Below are positions 58,343 through 64,000 of a stretch of 64,000 nucleotides of DNA, piece after piece. Both the position numbers and the translations under genes were made by a program. The stretch's first letter is position 1. Every line of letters begins with the position of its first letter. The notes below the pieces were generated by a model. It had not been told where the DNA came from and ran no database searches. It saw only the letters and a list, made by a program, of their open reading frames with translations. Source of the DNA: the human T2T-CHM13v2.0 reference genome, Homo sapiens; the NCBI RefSeq assembly GCF_009914755.1, contig NC_060936.1. The stretch is one strand, 5' to 3'.

Positions 58343-61158
58343 TGGTATAATTTGGACATTTGTCCTCTCCAGATCTCATGTTGAAATTTGATCCCCATTG
58401 TTGGAAGTGTTTGGTCATGTAGGTGGATCTCTCATGAATGGCTTGGCGTAGTTGATACGGTTTGACTGTGTCCCCACCCAAATCTCATCTTGAATTGTAG
58501 CTCCTATAATTCCCACATGTTGTGGGAGGGGCCCGGTAGGAGATAACTGAACCATGTGGGCGGGTCTTTCCCATGCTATTCTCATCATGGTGAATAAGTC
58601 TCACGAAATCTGATCGTTTTATAAAGGAGAATTTCCCTGCACAGGTTCTCTTCTCTTGTCTGCAGCCATGTGAGATGTGCCTTTCACCTTCCACCATGAT
58701 TGTGAGCCCTCCCAAGCCACGTGGAACTGTGTGTCCATTAAACCTCTTTATTTTGTAAATTGCCCAGTCATGGATATGTCTTTATCAGCAGCATGAGAAC
58801 AGACTAATACAGTAGTCTCCAGGGTAATGAGTGAGTTCTCTATTTGTTTTCACAAGATCTGATTTTTAAAATGAGCCTGGCATCTCCCTCCTTTCTCTTG
58901 CTTGCTCTCTGTCTTGCCATATGATGCCTGCAGCCCTTTTACCTTCTGCCATGATTGTAAGCTTCCTGAGGCCCTTACAAGAAGTAGAAAGTAGATGCTG
59001 GTGCCATGCCTCTGGTACAGGCTGTCGAATTGTGAGCCAAATTAACCTTTTTCTTTTAAAAATCACCCAGCCTCACATATTTATTTATAGCAGTGCAAAA
59101 TGAACTACAACAGAAAATTGGTACCAAGAAATGGGGTGTTACTATAAAGAAACTTGAAAATGTGGAAGCAGTTTTGAAAACAGGGTAATGGGCAGAAGTT
59201 GGAAGAGTTTGGAGGACTCTGAAGAAGACAGGAAGAAGAGAGAAAGCTTGGAACTTCTCAGAGACTGGTTAAATGGTTGTGATCAAAATGCTGATAGAAC
59301 TAGGGACAATGAAGGCTATATTGATGAAGTCTCAGATGAAAATGAGAAACTTATAGGGAACTAAAGTAAATGTCACCCTTGTTATGCCCTAGCAAAGAAA
59401 TTGGCTGCACTGTGTCCATGTCCTAGGACTTTGCGGTAGGCTGAATTTTAGATTGATGACTTAGGGTATCTGGCAGAAGAAATTTCTAAGCAGCAAAACA
59501 TTCGAGAAGAGTCATGTCTGCTTCTAACAACCTAGGGTCGGTTTTGGGAGCAAAGAAATTACCTAAAGTTGGAACTGATAATGAACAGGAAATCAGAACA
59601 TAAAAATTTGGCAAATTCACAGCCCACTGTGTGGTAGACAAGGTGTGGCAGAGGTGTGGTAGAGAAGGAAAGACCATTTTCAAAGAGAGGAATCCAAGGA
59701 GGCTTGGAGTCACCACTTGCTAGAGAGATTGGCAATAATAAAAGGGAGCCAGATGCTGATGGTCAAGACAATGAGAAAAAGACCCTGACATTTCAGAAAT
59801 CTTCAAGGCCACCCCTCCATCACAGGCCCAATGTCCTAAGACAGAATGGCTTCAGGGGAACTGCCTAGGGTGCCACTGCCCTGTTGGATGCTGCTTTCCT
59901 GCTGCTCTGCCTCCATCCCCAGCTCAAAGAGTCCCAGGGACTGCTTGGGCTGCTGCTCCAGAGGGCACAAGCCATAAGCCTTGGCAGCTTCAACATGGTG
60001 GTAAGTCTGCAGGCACACAGAGGCAAAAGCCATGGAGGCTTGGCAGCTTCCACCTAGATTTCAAAGGATGTATTGGAAAGCCTGAGTGCCCAGGCAGAAG
60101 CCTATCTGCAAAAAGCCTTTATTAGGGAAGTGCCTAGGGGGAAATGTGGGGTTGGAGCCCCAACAAAGCATCCTTACTGGGGCACTGATTGGTGGAGCCC
60201 TGGGAGCAGGGCCACTGCCATTCATATCCCAGAATGGTAGCACCACCAACAGCATGCAACTTCAGTCTAGAAAAACCATGGGCACCACATCCCAACCCCT
60301 GGGAGCAGCCACAGGGGCTATGCTCAACAAAGCCATGGGGACAGTGATGCCCAAGGCCTTGGGAGCCCACCCCTTCTACCATTGTGCCCAGGATGTGAGA
60401 CATGGAGTCAAGTGAGAGCATTCTGTACCTTTAAGATTTAATGTCTGTCCTGCTGGGTTTCAGAATTGCGTGAGGCCTCTTGCCCCTTTCCTTTGGCCAA
60501 TTTTTCCTTTTCGGAATGGGAATGTTTACCCAATGCCTGTACCCCCATTATATCTTGGAAATAAATAACTTGTTTTTAATTTTAGAGACTCACAGTTGTG
60601 AGAAACTTCCCTTAAGCCTCAGATGAGACTTTGGACTTTTGAGTTAATGCTGGAACAAGTTAAGACTTTTGGGGATTATTGGGAAGGGATGATTGCATTT
60701 TGCAATGTGAGAAGGACACAAGATTTGGGAGACCAGGAGCAGAATAACATAATTTGGATGTGTGTCCGCTCCAAATATCATGTTAACCTTTGATCCCCAA
60801 TGGTAGCAGTGGGTCTAGTGGGAGGTGTTTTGGTCATGGGGGCGAATCCCTCATGAGTGACTTGGTGTCCTCCTCACAGTAACGAGTGAGTTGTCCCTCT
60901 ATTAGTTCCCATGAGATATGATTGTTAAAAAGAGCTTTGCACCTCTTTCCTCTCTCTTTTGCTCTCTCTGTTGCCATATGACATGCTGGCTCCCCTTAAC
61001 CTTCTGAGTGGAAGTTTCCTGAGGTCCTCACCAGAAGCAGAATCCTGCACCATGCTTCTTATACAGCCTGCAGAACCATGAGCCAAATAAACCTCTTTTC
61101 TTTATAAATTACCCAGCCTCAGGTATTCCTTTATAGGAATACAAAATAGAATAAGACA
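58343..61158 (+). mobile_element. MST (MSTB-like) LTR-internal-LTR element; 5' LTR interrupted by a THE1 solo LTR (58453-58811)
   Basis: LTRs 58343-59112 and 60745-61158; internal region starts gaaaattggtacc; TSD tccat/cccat; THE1 TSD gtagt. Confidence 0.88.
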
Positions 61159-62797
61159 CCCATTGTGTAGTCTTGGCACCCTGTTGAAAATCATTTGACC
61201 ATATGAGTTTATTTTTGCAATCACAAATTTTTATATCCATGCCACATCTCTTCCTAGAAGCCTCCTTGCTTTTAGAAAAGTTCAAAGTCAGGCAGTTCTT
61301 TGGGTACAGAATGATGCAGAAATTGCCAGAAGGAAAAAATGGACTCCACCCTGGATGACTTGAATAAGACAGTAGCACAGAACCAAAGCACAGACCTAGG
61401 GATCCCAAAAAGCCCTCTTGTCATCATCATTGTTATTTTACTATCTAACATCAGAGACCACAAGGCTCTGCTGAAGAGCATGGTATGGTGGCCTCAGGCA
61501 GGGTCAAGCTGTGATGCAAAATCAGTGCCCGCCAGCCAGGCAGGTGCTATGGTAGGTCAGAGGCTACAGCCAGGACTGTGAGGCCAGAGCCCTGGCATGG
61601 AATGTGGGCACTTTGACTTTCTTTCTCCCATCCAAAGTAAAAAAAGAAGCAGGAAAAGAAAGTTAATGTCAGATTAAGGCAAAGGACCTGCATTTGTCAC
61701 CACTGACACAGTTAGTTCCTAAGAGCTTATGGAGGATCTCAAAAAGACCTATCTTTCCCCTAAATGTGTTTAACATTGTCCAGCATGGGCCTTGAGGCTG
61801 CACCAAGATACCATTATCCCTCAAATTTTGAGGTTTTTCAGGAGTTCTCCACAAATATTCAGGAGACTTGTGCCTAACGAGGATCTTGAAAATATTGTGG
61901 TGTTGAAATTATTTGTGCAATGAGTGGATGAGTGAGTGAGTGAATGGTAACAGCCGGACAAGAATAGGCAAGGGCTAAAGTGAGAAGAATGGAGTCTCTC
62001 TACATTGTGTAGCAGCCTCAAAAAACCACCCCACCCCATGCTTTGCAACATAGCACGGAGCACATACCTTTAGGTGATGTCTGGTATTATATTATGGAGT
62101 GGTGATCCCAAACTGAAGAGTCTAAATCTGGAACTTTTGTGACTGTCACAGAAAAACTCATCCTTCAAAAATAAATGTGAATCAAAAGACCATTAGGAAG
62201 TAGTGATTGTAATATGTAAGTGCAGGGTCTATAACTTTCTTTAACATGGTAGTGAGTATTTGAGTACCTTAACCCTAGAGATGGTCGGAGGCAGCCTCTA
62301 GACACTTAGGACAGAGCTGCAAGAAGGCTAAAGGAATTCTTACTGCTATTTCTGATTGAGAGATTGAAGCAAAACTGAGATGCTTTGATCTAGAGTCAAA
62401 GAAAGGCCTGAGAAACACAGCAGGAGAACATCCTTGTCATTCCTTCTTTTCTACCCAGATAACTCTCTTTAACCTGCACCAATTTCTCCTTGTGTGTGCC
62501 TGCCCGTGGGGTTACAGCTGCCCTGACCCAGCCACCAGCCAAGGACCAGCAAGTATACAAAAGCCTTCTAGGCAAACAGTCTTCATGTTTAAGACCAGAC
62601 TCTCCACCCTATTCTTATCATTACATTCCACTTTCTTCATTTAACTGCCTACTTGACCTCCAGACCCTATTTTCTTTGATTATTTTTCTCTTTATATCTC
62701 ACTTAGCAGATTCTAATGATGTTTAACTTACATACAAAGATAACTTTTATGTATTATTTGGTTAATATTAAACCTAGGCTAAAAGAAACACAAATCA

Positions 62798-63100
<303 letters not shown>

Positions 63101-63124
63101 TAATATACGAAACACATGTTGAAT

Positions 63125-63720
63125 TTTAAAATTTATTTATTGTGCAATATAACAGAAACATAAAACATATATATTCAATTTTGATAAGAAATTATATAGC
63201 AAACACCCATATAGGGACCATCAGATCGAGAAATGGAACATTACCACCTCAGAAGTTGCTAGAAGTATTACTATTATCATGACTTTTGTTTTGTTTTATT
63301 TTGCTTTTTAATGTTTTCTTAATAGCTTTACCTTCTACATATAAAACCCTAGATAATATAGTTTAATATTGGCTACTGCTCAACTTCATATATATATCCA
63401 CGTATTTGTTAAGCTTACTTCTTTCACCCAGCATTTTGTGAGATTCAACCATATTGTTTTCTGTAACTTCAGACTTCAGTTTCATTGCTATAAAATATTG
63501 TTTTACGATTTTACTGAAATTTATTCATCTATTCCAGTATTATGGGCTTGGAATGATTTCCATTTTAGTGCTATTACAAACAATGCTGCTAAGTACATTC
63601 TTATTCATTTTTCTTAGTGAATATATGCCAGCATTTCTCCAAGATGTATATCCTAGAGCAAAATTTCTGGGCCATAGGTATGTATATATTCAATTGTGCT
63701 ATATAATAAAAATTTGTTTT
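63125..63720 (-). mobile_element. Ancient L1 (L1ME-type) 3' fragment
   Basis: ttttgtgagattcaaccatattg...gctattacaaacaatgctgct motifs. Confidence 0.65.
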
Positions 63721-63744
63721 TCGAAGATTTTTGTCAATTTAAAT

Positions 63745-64000
63745 TCTTTTTTTTAATTTTATTTTATTATTATTATACTTTAAGTTTTAGGGTACATGTG
63801 CACAATGTGCAGGTTAGTTACATATGTATACATGTGCCATGCTGGTGTGCTGCACCCATTAACTCGTCAGTTAGCATTAGGTATATCTCCTAAAGCTATC
63901 CCTCCCCCCTCCCCCCACCCCACAACAGTCCCCAGAGTGTGATGTTCCCCTTCCTGTGTCCATGTGTTCTCATTGTTCAATTCCCACCTATGAGTGAGAA
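63745..64000 (-). mobile_element. Young L1PA 3' end running off the window
   Basis: ttattatactttaagttttagggtacatgtgcac... Confidence 0.95.

Noticed and set aside
61339-61581. Plus-strand 80-aa ORF with a hydrophobic stretch
   Set aside because: No promoter or splice support; it overlaps minus-strand exon candidates

Overview
Human or great-ape genomic DNA (it contains Alu, L1PA, SVA and HERV-H/LTR7). More than half is transposon-derived: a near-full-length dead L1PA (1395-7334, +), a 5'-inverted L1, a truncated SVA, a complete HERV-H provirus (47338-53190, -), an MST LTR-internal-LTR element, and many Alus, MIR/L2 and DNA-transposon fragments. No intact cellular CDS appears in the ORF track. 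Reading splice signals on the minus strand shows two tandem, micro-exon-rich, disabled genes that the ORF track cannot see. Gene A (about 15395-18332) has a TATA box, Kozak ATG, signal peptide, about 11 mostly phase-1 exons, an RFLRRR cleavage-like site and an AATAAA terminal exon, and is broken by stops, a 20-nt duplication and a GT>GG donor. Gene B (about 19877 to at least 62389) is a chain of 13 to about 20 small exons with matching phases and few stops, each one C>T away from a sense codon. The HERV-H lies in an intron of gene B in sense orientation, with intact splice donors pointing at the downstream exons. I cannot name either gene, and either may already be annotated as a pseudogene or lncRNA. 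Repeat subfamily calls come from remembered consensus sequences, not from a search.
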